A stretch of 64,000 nt of DNA, from the NCBI GenBank assembly GCA_039715015.1, contig JBDLIE010000008.1, positions 20,660-84,659 on the forward strand, read 5' to 3'. The translations under genes and the position numbers were made by a program. The DNA is from Thermodesulfobacteriota bacterium. Lineage in GTDB: Bacteria > Desulfobacterota > Desulfobulbia > Desulfobulbales > SURF-16. The notes beneath the pieces were generated by a model. It worked only from the letters and a program-made list of their open reading frames with translations, did no database searches and had not been told where the DNA came from. This document shows, piece by piece, positions 19,130 through 28,061 of the stretch. Position 1 is the first letter of the stretch. Every line of letters begins with the position of its first letter.

Positions 19130-20657
19130 TGACGCTATAATCTTTGCTGACGAAGATCCGTTGCGGGTTGACGAATCTCCCCGTAAATCCTATCAGGAAC
19201 CGTGGAAGGTCCTTGTTGTTGATGATGAAGAAGAGGTTCATACCATCACCACCCTGGTACTTCGTCAATTTCGGTACGATGGCAGCCCCTTGAAGTTTCT
19301 TCATGCCTATAACGGCGAAGAGGCCAAAAAGCTGATCACCGAAAATCCCGATATCGCCGTTATCCTTCTTGATGTGGTCATGGAAAAAGAGGATGCCGGC
19401 CTTGAGGTTGTTGAGTATGTCCGCAAGGATTTACGAAATTCCTTTGTCCGCATCATCCTCCGCACCGGCCAGCCTGGCCAGGCACCTGAAGAGAAGATCA
19501 TCGTTGATTATGACATTAACGATTACAAGGAAAAGACCGAGCTCTCCTCCCAGAAACTTTTTACGATGATGCTCTCCTCCCTGCGCACCTACCGTCATAT
19601 GCTGACCATTGACGCCAACCGGGCCGGGCTCAAAAATATCATCCAGGCCTCGGCCTCCCTCTTTGAACAGCGTTCCGTCAAACTCCTGGCCTCAGGGGTG
19701 CTGACCCAGCTAGTCGCCATCCTGGGCATGAGCCCTGACGCCATGGTCTGCCAGGTGTCTGATATTAATAAGGAGGTCAGTATTGACACCATTGAGGTGC
19801 TGGCAGGCTCCGGGAGCTATGAAAACCTGGTCGAGAATGCGGTGTCCTGGGACCTTCCGGGTGATCTCATAAATGACCTGAACCGGGCCTGGGATCAAAA
19901 GAGTTGCCTCTGTCTTGGTGATCGCTATGTGGGATTTTTCCCTTCAGAGTCGGGGGTGGGTGTTCTCCTCTATTGCGAAGGGTGGGATAAGCTCGACGAC
20001 CTGAGCAAGTCCCTTGTCGAGGTGTACTGCACCAATGTCCATGCCGCCTTTGAGAATGTCCTTCTCAACCAGGAGATTGAAGATACCCAGAAGGAAATCA
20101 TCTATACCCTGGGCGAGATTGCCGAGGCGCGATCCCTGGAAACAGGAAACCATGTCAAAAGGGTTTCAAGTATCTGCCTTATTTTGGCCAAAAGCTGCGG
20201 CCTCACCCAGGCCGAGGTAGAGATGCTGCGGATGGCCGCTCCCATGCACGATATCGGCAAGGTGGCTATTCCCGATGGTATTCTCAATCATCCTGGTAAG
20301 TTGAGTGAAGAAGATTTTGCCACCATGCAGAACCACACCGAGATCGGTTCGGTGATGCTCAAGTCGTCACCGCGCTCCATTATGAAGGCTGCTGCCATTA
20401 TTGCCCTTCAGCACCATGAAAAGTATGACGGTTCTGGTTATCCAGAAGGTCTCAAGGGAGAGGATATCCACGTCTTCGCCCGTATCGTGGCCCTGGCCGA
20501 CGTTTATGACGCCCTCAATAATGACCGGGTCTACCGCAAGGCGTTTCAGCCCAACGAGGTGCTGGCCCACATCAAGGAGCAGCGTGGCCTTCATTTTGAC
20601 CCTGCTCTGGTGGATGTCTTTTTCGATAATCTTGAAAATATCCAAAATGTCCATTGA
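19122..20657 (+). CDS. response regulator with REC, linker and HD-GYP domain (c-di-GMP phosphodiesterase family)
   Basis: REC (VLVVDDEEEV..D), HD..H and HHEKYDGSGYP motifs. Its start overlaps the HK stop. Confidence 0.85.
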   Translation: MLDDAIIFADEDPLRVDESPRKSYQEPWKVLVVDDEEEVHTITTLVLRQFRYDGSPLKFLHAYNGEEAKKLITENPDIAVILLDVVMEKEDAGLEVVEYVRKDLRNSFVRIILRTGQPGQAPEEKIIVDYDINDYKEKTELSSQKLFTMMLSSLRTYRHMLTIDANRAGLKNIIQASASLFEQRSVKLLASGVLTQLVAILGMSPDAMVCQVSDINKEVSIDTIEVLAGSGSYENLVENAVSWDLPGDLINDLNRAWDQKSCLCLGDRYVGFFPSESGVGVLLYCEGWDKLDDLSKSLVEVYCTNVHAAFENVLLNQEIEDTQKEIIYTLGEIAEARSLETGNHVKRVSSICLILAKSCGLTQAEVEMLRMAAPMHDIGKVAIPDGILNHPGKLSEEDFATMQNHTEIGSVMLKSSPRSIMKAAAIIALQHHEKYDGSGYPEGLKGEDIHVFARIVALADVYDALNNDRVYRKAFQPNEVLAHIKEQRGLHFDPALVDVFFDNLENIQNVH

Positions 20658-20776
20658 GTAAGATGGCCGGGGTTTTAGCTTGCTGCCCAGAAAATCTCTG
20701 ATCTGCTATCATAGGAATTAACGATTTTTTTTAGCTGGCCAGTTCGTCACGGAAATAAAAAATTCCAGGAGAGTCC

Positions 20777-22135
20777 ATGCATATTGTATGTCCTGAATGC
20801 GGGAAAGACCATGCGGTTCCCGATGAAAAATTGCCGGCCCAGAAGTTTAATGCCATCTGCCGCGACTGCAAAGCCAAGTTTATGGTTGAGGTCGCTTCCT
20901 GCCTTGGTTGCGGGTCTAAAAAACAAGAAGGTCATCCTTGCCCCTGCGGCGTGGTGGAGCCGCAAAAAGATCTTGAGGTTGTCAAAACAGCCGAAGGTGC
21001 AAGAGAAGCTGTTCCAGCCCCCTCAGGCGTTGAACAACAGGATGAACAACCACTTGAGGGGGTGAAAGAAGAGCCCCAGCTGCGTCCGGAATTCAACCAG
21101 ACCCGCGATGAGCACACCCTGCAATTCACCGGCACGGGCCAGGAGTTTTTCCGGATCTGGATAGTGAATCTCTTTTTGACCATCATCACCCTGGGAATCT
21201 ACGCCGCCTGGGCCAAGGTCCGAACCAGGCAATATTTTTACAGCCACACCTCCTGTGCCGGCGAGCCCTTTGATTATCTGGCCGATCCCATGATCATCCT
21301 GCGCGGTAATTTGATAATCGGCGGCGGCTTTATTATTTACTCGATCTCCAATGCCTTTACGCCGCTGATCAGCTCTGTAATCGCCATGATGTTTGGTCTA
21401 CTCTTCCCCTATCTGGTCTTTAAATCCCTGCGCTTTTTCGCCCGCAACTCGGCCTATCGTAATATCCGTTTTCATTTTCTGGGCAGTGTTGAAGAGAGCT
21501 ATATTACCTATCTCCTCCTCCCCATCCTGATCCCTTTTACCTTGGGATTAGTTCTTCCCTACTGGGGCTATCGCCGCAAAAAATATTTTTTCGAGAATTT
21601 TGCCTTTGGCAGCCATCGTAATGCTTTCAGCGGCATTCCCGGCGATTTCTACAAAATTTACATGAAGGCCTTTCTCATTGTTGTTTTGCCGGTGATTGTT
21701 GTCTTTTCCATCATTGGCGGCATGGTCATGGCCATGGATGGCTCTTCTGGCGAGGCCATGTCAGGCGGCATGATCGCCCTTGTCGTCATTGCCTATCTGG
21801 GCTTTTTTCTGACCACTATTTTTGCCCAGCAATATGTCTATGCCAAGACCACCAACTATTGCTGGAAATACTCATCCATGGGGGCGGTGAAGTTTCGTTC
21901 CACGCTTGACGCAGGTAAATTGATGTGGATTCGGATGACCAACATCATCGCTCTCATCGTCTCCGCCGGCCTCCTCTTCCCTTGGACCAAAGTCCGCCAG
22001 AGTAAGTATATTTTTGAGAATCTCACCATCATCACCTATCAGGGGCTTGATGATTTTACCGCAGGCGAGGAGGATTCTGAAGATGCCTTGGGTGAGGCGG
22101 CCATGGATTTCTTTGATTTTGAGGTCGGACTCTAA
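20777..22135 (+). CDS. zinc-ribbon plus DUF898 (YjgN-like) membrane protein
   Basis: N-terminal CPECG..CRDC zinc ribbon, an acidic linker, then the DUF898 signature GTGQEFFRIWIVNLFLTIITLGIYAAWAKVRTRQY and repeated TM pairs. Confidence 0.7.
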   Translation: MHIVCPECGKDHAVPDEKLPAQKFNAICRDCKAKFMVEVASCLGCGSKKQEGHPCPCGVVEPQKDLEVVKTAEGAREAVPAPSGVEQQDEQPLEGVKEEPQLRPEFNQTRDEHTLQFTGTGQEFFRIWIVNLFLTIITLGIYAAWAKVRTRQYFYSHTSCAGEPFDYLADPMIILRGNLIIGGGFIIYSISNAFTPLISSVIAMMFGLLFPYLVFKSLRFFARNSAYRNIRFHFLGSVEESYITYLLLPILIPFTLGLVLPYWGYRRKKYFFENFAFGSHRNAFSGIPGDFYKIYMKAFLIVVLPVIVVFSIIGGMVMAMDGSSGEAMSGGMIALVVIAYLGFFLTTIFAQQYVYAKTTNYCWKYSSMGAVKFRSTLDAGKLMWIRMTNIIALIVSAGLLFPWTKVRQSKYIFENLTIITYQGLDDFTAGEEDSEDALGEAAMDFFDFEVGL

Positions 22136-22137
22136 TC

Positions 22138-23187
22138 ATGCGTAGATCTGCCAGGCTCGAGTTCCAAGGGATTTATTTTGACGGCAGGAGCTCCCAGGCC
22201 CACGATGTGCTCTGTATTGTCGGCCATGACCAGGTAGTAATCCGCAGTGTGGCCGGAGAGCAGATTGCCGACCTTCCTTTGGCAAAATGTATTCTGACGC
22301 CTCCCCTCGGGTCCAGCCGCCGTTTTTTGAAGTTCCCTGCTGGCCAACGGCTGCAGGTAGATGATCCGGAGATTCTCAGCTTTCTAGACGACCTCCTTCG
22401 CTCCCACCTTGGCCTGCAGTTTGTCCATCTCATAGAAAGCCATTGGCGCCTTGTGGCGGCCAGTATGGCAGGGCTTGTCGTCTGCGTGTGGGCCTTCATG
22501 GCCTTTGCCATTCCCCATCTTGCCAAAAAAGTAGCCATGGCAGCTCCTGCTGGTTTGATGAACAGCATTAGCCATGACACCTTGGAGTTTCTTGATAAGC
22601 GTTTTTTTGCCACCTCCGATCTGCCCATGGCACGACAGGATGAGGTGAAGAAAATTTTCACGACACTCTGTGATGATTTTGCCCCAACCCAAGGCTGTAC
22701 CCTTGTTTTTAGGCAAGGGGGAAATATTGGTGCCAATGCCTTTGCCTTACCCTCAGGCCTGGTCATTGTCACCGATGAGCTCATTGATTTTTCAGAAAAT
22801 AATGAGGAGATCGAAGGTGTCTTGGCCCATGAGCTGGTTCATGTCCAGGCCCGTCATGGTCTGCGCCATGTGATCCAGCAGGCCGGGGTCTTCATGGTGA
22901 TTTCCACCCTGCTTGGCGATATGGCATCTTTAACCTCGTTGGGTTCTGCCTTGCCGATGATGCTTGTTGAGTCAGGGTATTCCAGAAGGTTTGAAGAAGA
23001 GGCTGATGAACATGCCTGCCTCTATTTTTTAGAGAGGAACCGAAGCGTTCAGCCCTATAAGGACATGCTCTACCGCCTCACCAAAGACAAGCAGTTGCCC
23101 GCCGTGGCCAGTTTCCTTGCCAGCCATCCTGATCCGGATAAACGGTTGCTGGCCATTGAGGAACTGGAAACCAACTATGGCCGCTAA
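22138..23187 (+). CDS. M48 family zinc metallopeptidase with N-terminal cytoplasmic domain
   Basis: HELVHVQARHG (HEXXH) and TM segments. It begins 3 nt after the DUF898 gene. Confidence 0.75.
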   Translation: MRRSARLEFQGIYFDGRSSQAHDVLCIVGHDQVVIRSVAGEQIADLPLAKCILTPPLGSSRRFLKFPAGQRLQVDDPEILSFLDDLLRSHLGLQFVHLIESHWRLVAASMAGLVVCVWAFMAFAIPHLAKKVAMAAPAGLMNSISHDTLEFLDKRFFATSDLPMARQDEVKKIFTTLCDDFAPTQGCTLVFRQGGNIGANAFALPSGLVIVTDELIDFSENNEEIEGVLAHELVHVQARHGLRHVIQQAGVFMVISTLLGDMASLTSLGSALPMMLVESGYSRRFEEEADEHACLYFLERNRSVQPYKDMLYRLTKDKQLPAVASFLASHPDPDKRLLAIEELETNYGR

Positions 23188-23209
23188 ACCATTTTGATAA
23201 GTGGTTTTT

Positions 23210-23286
23210 GTAGGAGCCGCCCCTGGGGCCGATAAATCACTATTGTACCAGGAGCTAGCCAATCGCCCCCAGGGGCGGGTTCCTGC
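23210..23286. repeat. GTAGGAGC-bounded palindromic miniature repeat (copy F)
   Basis: GTAGGAGCCGCCCCTGGGGCCGAT ... ATCGCCCCCAGGGGCGGGTTCCTGC. It is related to the copies at 30.2, 33.5, 39.1, 40.35, 61.3 and 62.5 kb. Confidence 0.7.
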
Positions 23287-23328
23287 AATAATATCTTTCT
23301 GCCTGAGAACAGAGTATAATGAGGAAAC

Positions 23329-23370
23329 AAAAAAGGGGGCGCGGCAATCATGCCGCGCCCCCTTTTTTGG
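23329..23370. terminator. bidirectional rho-independent terminator between the M48 gene and divIVA
   Basis: AAAAAAGGGGGCGCGGCAATCATGCCGCGCCCCCTTTTTTGG. Confidence 0.7.
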
Positions 23371-23391
23371 GGAAAAATATAAATACTATTT

Positions 23392-24273
23392 CTAGCTGGA
23401 AGCTTTGTCCAGCTTAGACGAATCGATGTTGGTTTCAGGGCCAAGTGGGTCATCAAGGGGATCATCCAGGCTAAAGAGCATGTCTCCCTCAAGATCAGGC
23501 ATGGTGCGGCCAAGGTCATTAAGGCCTTCTGTGGCAGAGTTGCCTGAAGATGCCGCCGGCGCTACTGAGCCATCATCGCCTATCTCAGAGAGATCAATCT
23601 TTTCATATAGGTTGCCTAGATCCACCTCAGGTTCTTTGGGAACAGCGCTGAACACGGGTTCTTTTTCCTGTCCAGGGCCAGGGTCTGCGCCACTGCCAAT
23701 ATCGCCAATAATGGAAGGCTGCGGGGCAGGTTCCTCAACCTGTGGTTGCTGAGGGGCGCGAGTGGCTTGGCCGCTGGCAGGGTATTGGCTTTCCAGCCGA
23801 TCCATGTGGGATGAGAGAAAGGCCTTGAGGTCATCCTTGAGCTTCTGCTTTTCAAGGATAAGGGAGCTAATGTGTTCCTTGAGAGAACTCTCCTCCTCTT
23901 TTGCCGAATTGAGTGACGCTTCTACCTCAAGGCGGGCATTTTCCTTAAGGACATGGGCCTCTTGTTGGGCCTTGGCTTGCATTTCATCGGCGATGGTCTG
24001 GGCCGAGATGATAGCATTTTTAAAGGTGCGTTCCTGGGACTGGACTTGGTCCCTTTCGCCCTGGATGGCAGCCATCTCATTCTTTAATTTTTCGTTCTCT
24101 TTGACCAGGACAAGATAGTTTTCGGCGACCTTTTCAAGGAAAACATCCACTTCATCGACATCAAAGCCGCGAAAGCGTACATTAAACTGTTGGTTCTGAA
24201 TGTTTTCCGGGGTAAGCAGCATGGTAGTCATCTCTTTCATCTCCCAATGATAATCGTCGGCCTGTTCAGCCAA
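23392..24273 (-). CDS. divIVA: DivIVA domain cell-division protein with Pro/Glu-rich C-terminal tail
   Basis: N-terminal DivIVA motif (LTPENIQNQQFNVRFRGFDVDEVDVFLEKVAENY) followed by a coiled coil. Confidence 0.8.
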   Translation of the reverse strand: MAEQADDYHWEMKEMTTMLLTPENIQNQQFNVRFRGFDVDEVDVFLEKVAENYLVLVKENEKLKNEMAAIQGERDQVQSQERTFKNAIISAQTIADEMQAKAQQEAHVLKENARLEVEASLNSAKEEESSLKEHISSLILEKQKLKDDLKAFLSSHMDRLESQYPASGQATRAPQQPQVEEPAPQPSIIGDIGSGADPGPGQEKEPVFSAVPKEPEVDLGNLYEKIDLSEIGDDGSVAPAASSGNSATEGLNDLGRTMPDLEGDMLFSLDDPLDDPLGPETNIDSSKLDKASS

Positions 24274-24568
24274 CAGCAGCGGCTATGTAATAGAGAGTTT
24301 TTACAAGAAAATCTTGCAGGAAAATAATAACAAGCATAACCAGCAAAGGCGAAAAATCGATGCCGGATGTGTAGGTAAAAGGCAGGAGCTTGCGGACCCG
24401 GTAAAGAACCGGCTCAGTGACATTGTGGAGAAAACGGACAATAGGGTTGTAAGGATCAGGGCTTACCCAGGAGATAATGGCCCGGGCCAGCAAAATGATC
24501 ATGTAGGCGTTAAGTACGAAGTTTACCAGACCGGCAACAGCTTGTAAGAAAATCCTGATAATAGCCAT
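24266..24568 (-). CDS. yggT: YggT family membrane protein
   Basis: 100 aa, two TM helices. It carries the YggT/Ycf19 signature and overlaps the divIVA start. Confidence 0.75.
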   Translation of the reverse strand: MAIIRIFLQAVAGLVNFVLNAYMIILLARAIISWVSPDPYNPIVRFLHNVTEPVLYRVRKLLPFTYTSGIDFSPLLVMLVIIFLQDFLVKTLYYIAAAVG

Positions 24569-24618
24569 AGATCAGTGAAAAAGAGGGTTGTTCTGCCTGC
24601 AGAGTTTTGTTGGGGCTG

Positions 24619-25383
24619 CTAGATGCCTTCCTGCTCCAGAAGTTGGCTGGCGATCACGCGGATGGCCTTGGCTGCCTGGCAATCAGGTGCGGCAAGCAGG
24701 AAGGGTTTCTGGCTGCGAATTGCCTCTACCACCTTGCTGTCCTTTGGAAGCGGCCCTAAATAGGAGGGGATTTCCTGTAAAAATTGTTTGAGCACCGTGG
24801 CCATATTGGTGTAGGTGCTCATTGCTTCCTTTTTACTTTTAACATTGTTTACTACGAGTTGAAACCCCTTTTTCCCGTGGCGCGAGGCAAGGACCTTCAT
24901 CAAGGCATAGCCGTCAGTAAGGGATGTCGGGTCCGGGGTAAGGATGATGATATTGGCCTGGGCCCACTGGTTGAACCAGAGGACAGAGTCGCCGATACCT
25001 GCGGCAGTATCAACGAGAACAAGATCAAAGTCTTTGATGATAGCGTCTAAGACGTTAGTGAGAAGGTGCTGGTCCTCATGGCTTAAACCAGCCATCTCAG
25101 GGACGCCGGAACTTGCCGGCAGGACAAAGAGATTTTGCTGGACCTCAAGGATGATGGAGGCGGGGTCGCGGCCATCCTCCACTGCTTCACGGATGGTATG
25201 GTCCACCTGCAGGCCCAGGACCACGTCGACATTACCCAGGCCCAGATCGCCGTCGATCAGAAGGATTTTGGCCCCCCTGTCCGCAAGAGCTGCGGCTAAA
25301 TTGACTGAAAAGGTGGTTTTCCCTACCCCGCCTTTGCCGCTGCTGATGCAGAAAATAGGGGGCGTTTTTTTTGCGCTGCTCAT
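24619..25383 (-). CDS. MinD/ParA/FlhG-family P-loop ATPase
   Basis: Deviant Walker A SSGKGGVGKTT and the DGDLGLGN motif. Confidence 0.8.
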   Translation of the reverse strand: MSSAKKTPPIFCISSGKGGVGKTTFSVNLAAALADRGAKILLIDGDLGLGNVDVVLGLQVDHTIREAVEDGRDPASIILEVQQNLFVLPASSGVPEMAGLSHEDQHLLTNVLDAIIKDFDLVLVDTAAGIGDSVLWFNQWAQANIIILTPDPTSLTDGYALMKVLASRHGKKGFQLVVNNVKSKKEAMSTYTNMATVLKQFLQEIPSYLGPLPKDSKVVEAIRSQKPFLLAAPDCQAAKAIRVIASQLLEQEGI

Positions 25384-25388
25384 AGACT

Positions 25389-25688
25389 TTAACCGTTGAG
25401 AAATTTAAAGAGCTGGGCCCGTTCTTCCACAGTGACCTGGCAATCGATAGTGCTTTGGCCTGCGGGGGCTTGACAGTTTTCCGTTTGATCATCCGAAACA
25501 GGTGGAGCAGTTTGCTCATCGTGGAGCTCGGCAGCCTTATTCTTCAGGAGGCTGCATTGCTCGGAGGCGGCAATTCCTTCAGCAAAGAGGAGAAGGCCCT
25601 TGCTGGCCGGCAGGATGTGGGCCTTAATGCCATGCTCTTTGGCGCCATTGAGAACGGACTCAAGAAACTTGCTTGTAAGTATCGCCAT
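25389..25688 (-). CDS. hypothetical small protein (99 aa) translationally adjacent to the MinD-like ATPase
   Basis: Ends 6 nt before the ATPase start. No motif is recognised. Confidence 0.4.
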   Translation of the reverse strand: MAILTSKFLESVLNGAKEHGIKAHILPASKGLLLFAEGIAASEQCSLLKNKAAELHDEQTAPPVSDDQTENCQAPAGQSTIDCQVTVEERAQLFKFLNG

Positions 25689-25803
25689 TTCAGGATGTGG
25701 GCAAATGTATTGAGAGGTAGAAAAAGATTCTCTGGCCAGCGACCAAAATAAACCGCCAGGCCAGTGAGTGGCCTCCCCTTTTATGGGGACGGATAGTGTC
25801 TGA

Positions 25804-26134
25804 CTATCCGGGAAATTTGTGCTGCTTGCTGTTCGCCTTCTTTGTTTTGCCGAACCATGTAATTGAAAACTCCGGATAATATTTTATCATGCATTTAGGG
25901 CACACGCTATGGCTGAATTCTGCCTCTGAATGATTACGGATATATTCTGCCATTTGATTCCAGCAGCCTTCGTCTCTTTCCAGCGTTGTGGCCATGGATA
26001 CCAATACAGTGAGAGTTTTCAAAGATACAAGGGTGATCGCGGCTAACTATGCCGATATCTTCATCAATAGCATTGAGAACAGTTTCATAATTGCTGAAAT
26101 TCTCAATCTCTTTGAAGGGTTGCTCTGCATCCAT
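25804..26134 (-). CDS. possible small Cys/His-rich protein, either frameshifted or two overlapping small ORFs
   Basis: An ATG at about 26134 opens MDAEQPFKEIENF...HPCIFENSHCIGIHGHNA, which stops at 25934. A second frame (25804-26022) continues ...CWNQMAEYIRNHSEAEFSHSVCPKCMIKYYPEF. Confidence 0.25.
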
Positions 26135-26153
26135 AGATGCCCCTGCTTGCCGG

Positions 26154-28061
26154 TCAGGCCACCCGTGAACCGGGGGCAACGGTGTCGGCAACGGTGGAGA
26201 GAACAAGCCGGTCGCCATCCTTGGCAGCCAGAACCATGCCCTGGGAGGGGACACCCATGAGTTTGGCGGCCTTGAGGTTGGCAACGATAATGACCCGCCT
26301 GCCTGGCAGATCGTCAGGTTGATAATATTCGGCAATGCCGGCAACAATGGTTCGTTCTTCCGGGGCCTTGACAGTAAGCTTGAGCAGTCGGTCAGATTTC
26401 TTGATTTTTTCTGCGGCGATAATTTCCGCCACCCGTAACTCCACCTTGCCGAACTCCTCAAAGGTGATAACCCCTTCAAGTTCTGTCTTCTTGTCCTTGC
26501 CGGGCTTGGCCTTTTTCTTAGCGGCCTGTTGCTTGCCCTTTTTCTTCTCCATGCGCGGGAAGAGGGGTTCGGGCTTGGCAATGGCGGTGCCGGGGGTGAG
26601 TTTCCCCCACCTGGCCAGGCTGGCCAGGTCGCCCTCAACCTCAATACCAAGTGCGGCCCGCATCTTAGCAGCTGTACCCGGCATAATCGGCTCCACAGTC
26701 AGGGCGAGAATGCGCAAGGTCTCCAGGAGATAGTAGAAAACTGTATCCAGATGTTTCGTTTGCTCTTCGTCCTTGACCATTTCCCAGGGAGCATTTTCAA
26801 CAATGTACTTATTGGCCTTGCCCACCACCTCCCAAACGGCCTGCAGGGCCAGGTGGAATCGAAAATCGGTCATCTCTTTGCTGTAGGTTTCCACCATGGC
26901 GGTGCAGGCATCGGCCAGGGCCGCGTCGATTGGCCGGGGTTCAGCCGGTTCAGGCACCTTGCCATCAACAAATTTACCCACCATGGTAAGGGAGCGGGAA
27001 AAAAGGTTGCCCAGGTCATTGGCCAGGTCAGAATTCTGGCGGGCCACCACAGCCTCTGCCGAAAAAGATGAGTCCAAACCAAAGGACATGTCGCGCAGCA
27101 GGAAGTAACGCACCACATCAACGCCAAACTCCTCCACCATCTCCTTGGGGCGCACTACATTGCCCAGGGATTTGCTCATCTTGGCCTCACCCATGTTCCA
27201 GTAACCGTGGACATGGAGTTTTTTGTAAGGCTCAAGTCCCATGGCTTTAAGCATGGTGGGCCAGAAGATGGCATGGGGCTTGAGGATGTCTTTGGCGATG
27301 ACATGCTCGGCCACTGGCCAGTAAGTGGAAAATTTCCCATCGTCCGGATAGCCCAGACCGCTGAGGTAGTTGATCAGGGCATCAAACCAGACATAGGTGA
27401 CAAACTTGTCGTCAAAAGGCAGTGGGATTCCCCAGGTCAAACGGCTGGTGGGCCGCGAGATGCAGAGGTCATCCAGGGGTTCGCTCAAAAAGGAGAGCAT
27501 CTCGTTTTTGTAGCGTGCCGGGGTGATGAAATCTGGATTATTGTTGATATGATCGATGAGCCATTGCTGGTACTTGCTCATCTTGAAAAAGTAGTTCTGC
27601 TCGCGGATCTTTTCCGGCGGTTTGCGATGGTCTGGGCAATTGCCCTCCACCAGCTCCTTTTCGGTGAGAAAGCGCTCGCAGCCTTGGCAGTAGAGGCCTT
27701 CATATTCGCTGAAATAGATATCGCCCTGGTCATAGACCTTTTGGAGGATGTTTTGGACGTTGTTGATATGATCGCTGTCAGTGGTGCGGATGAAGTTGTC
27801 AGGCGCGATGGCCAGTAGTGGCCAGGAATCGCGAAACAGGGAGCTTATCCGGTCGACATACTCCTTGGGAGATTCGCCGGCCCCTTCCGCTGCTTGAACA
27901 ATCTTATCGCCATGCTCGTCCGTGCCGGTCTGGAAGCGGACATCGTCACCGCATAATTTCCGGAAACGGGCGTAGGTGTCAGCAACAATGGTGGAGTAGG
28001 CGTGGCCCAGATGGGGCTGGGCATTGACATAAAATATAGGGGTGGTGATATAGGTGGTCAT
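26154..28061 (-). CDS. metG: methionine--tRNA ligase with C-terminal tRNA-binding (EMAP/Trbp111-like) domain
   Basis: HLGH motif (PHLGHAYS), KMSKS motif, zinc knuckle CQGCERF..CPDH, and a C-terminal OB-fold tRNA-binding domain. Confidence 0.95.
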   Translation of the reverse strand: MTTYITTPIFYVNAQPHLGHAYSTIVADTYARFRKLCGDDVRFQTGTDEHGDKIVQAAEGAGESPKEYVDRISSLFRDSWPLLAIAPDNFIRTTDSDHINNVQNILQKVYDQGDIYFSEYEGLYCQGCERFLTEKELVEGNCPDHRKPPEKIREQNYFFKMSKYQQWLIDHINNNPDFITPARYKNEMLSFLSEPLDDLCISRPTSRLTWGIPLPFDDKFVTYVWFDALINYLSGLGYPDDGKFSTYWPVAEHVIAKDILKPHAIFWPTMLKAMGLEPYKKLHVHGYWNMGEAKMSKSLGNVVRPKEMVEEFGVDVVRYFLLRDMSFGLDSSFSAEAVVARQNSDLANDLGNLFSRSLTMVGKFVDGKVPEPAEPRPIDAALADACTAMVETYSKEMTDFRFHLALQAVWEVVGKANKYIVENAPWEMVKDEEQTKHLDTVFYYLLETLRILALTVEPIMPGTAAKMRAALGIEVEGDLASLARWGKLTPGTAIAKPEPLFPRMEKKKGKQQAAKKKAKPGKDKKTELEGVITFEEFGKVELRVAEIIAAEKIKKSDRLLKLTVKAPEERTIVAGIAEYYQPDDLPGRRVIIVANLKAAKLMGVPSQGMVLAAKDGDRLVLSTVADTVAPGSRVA

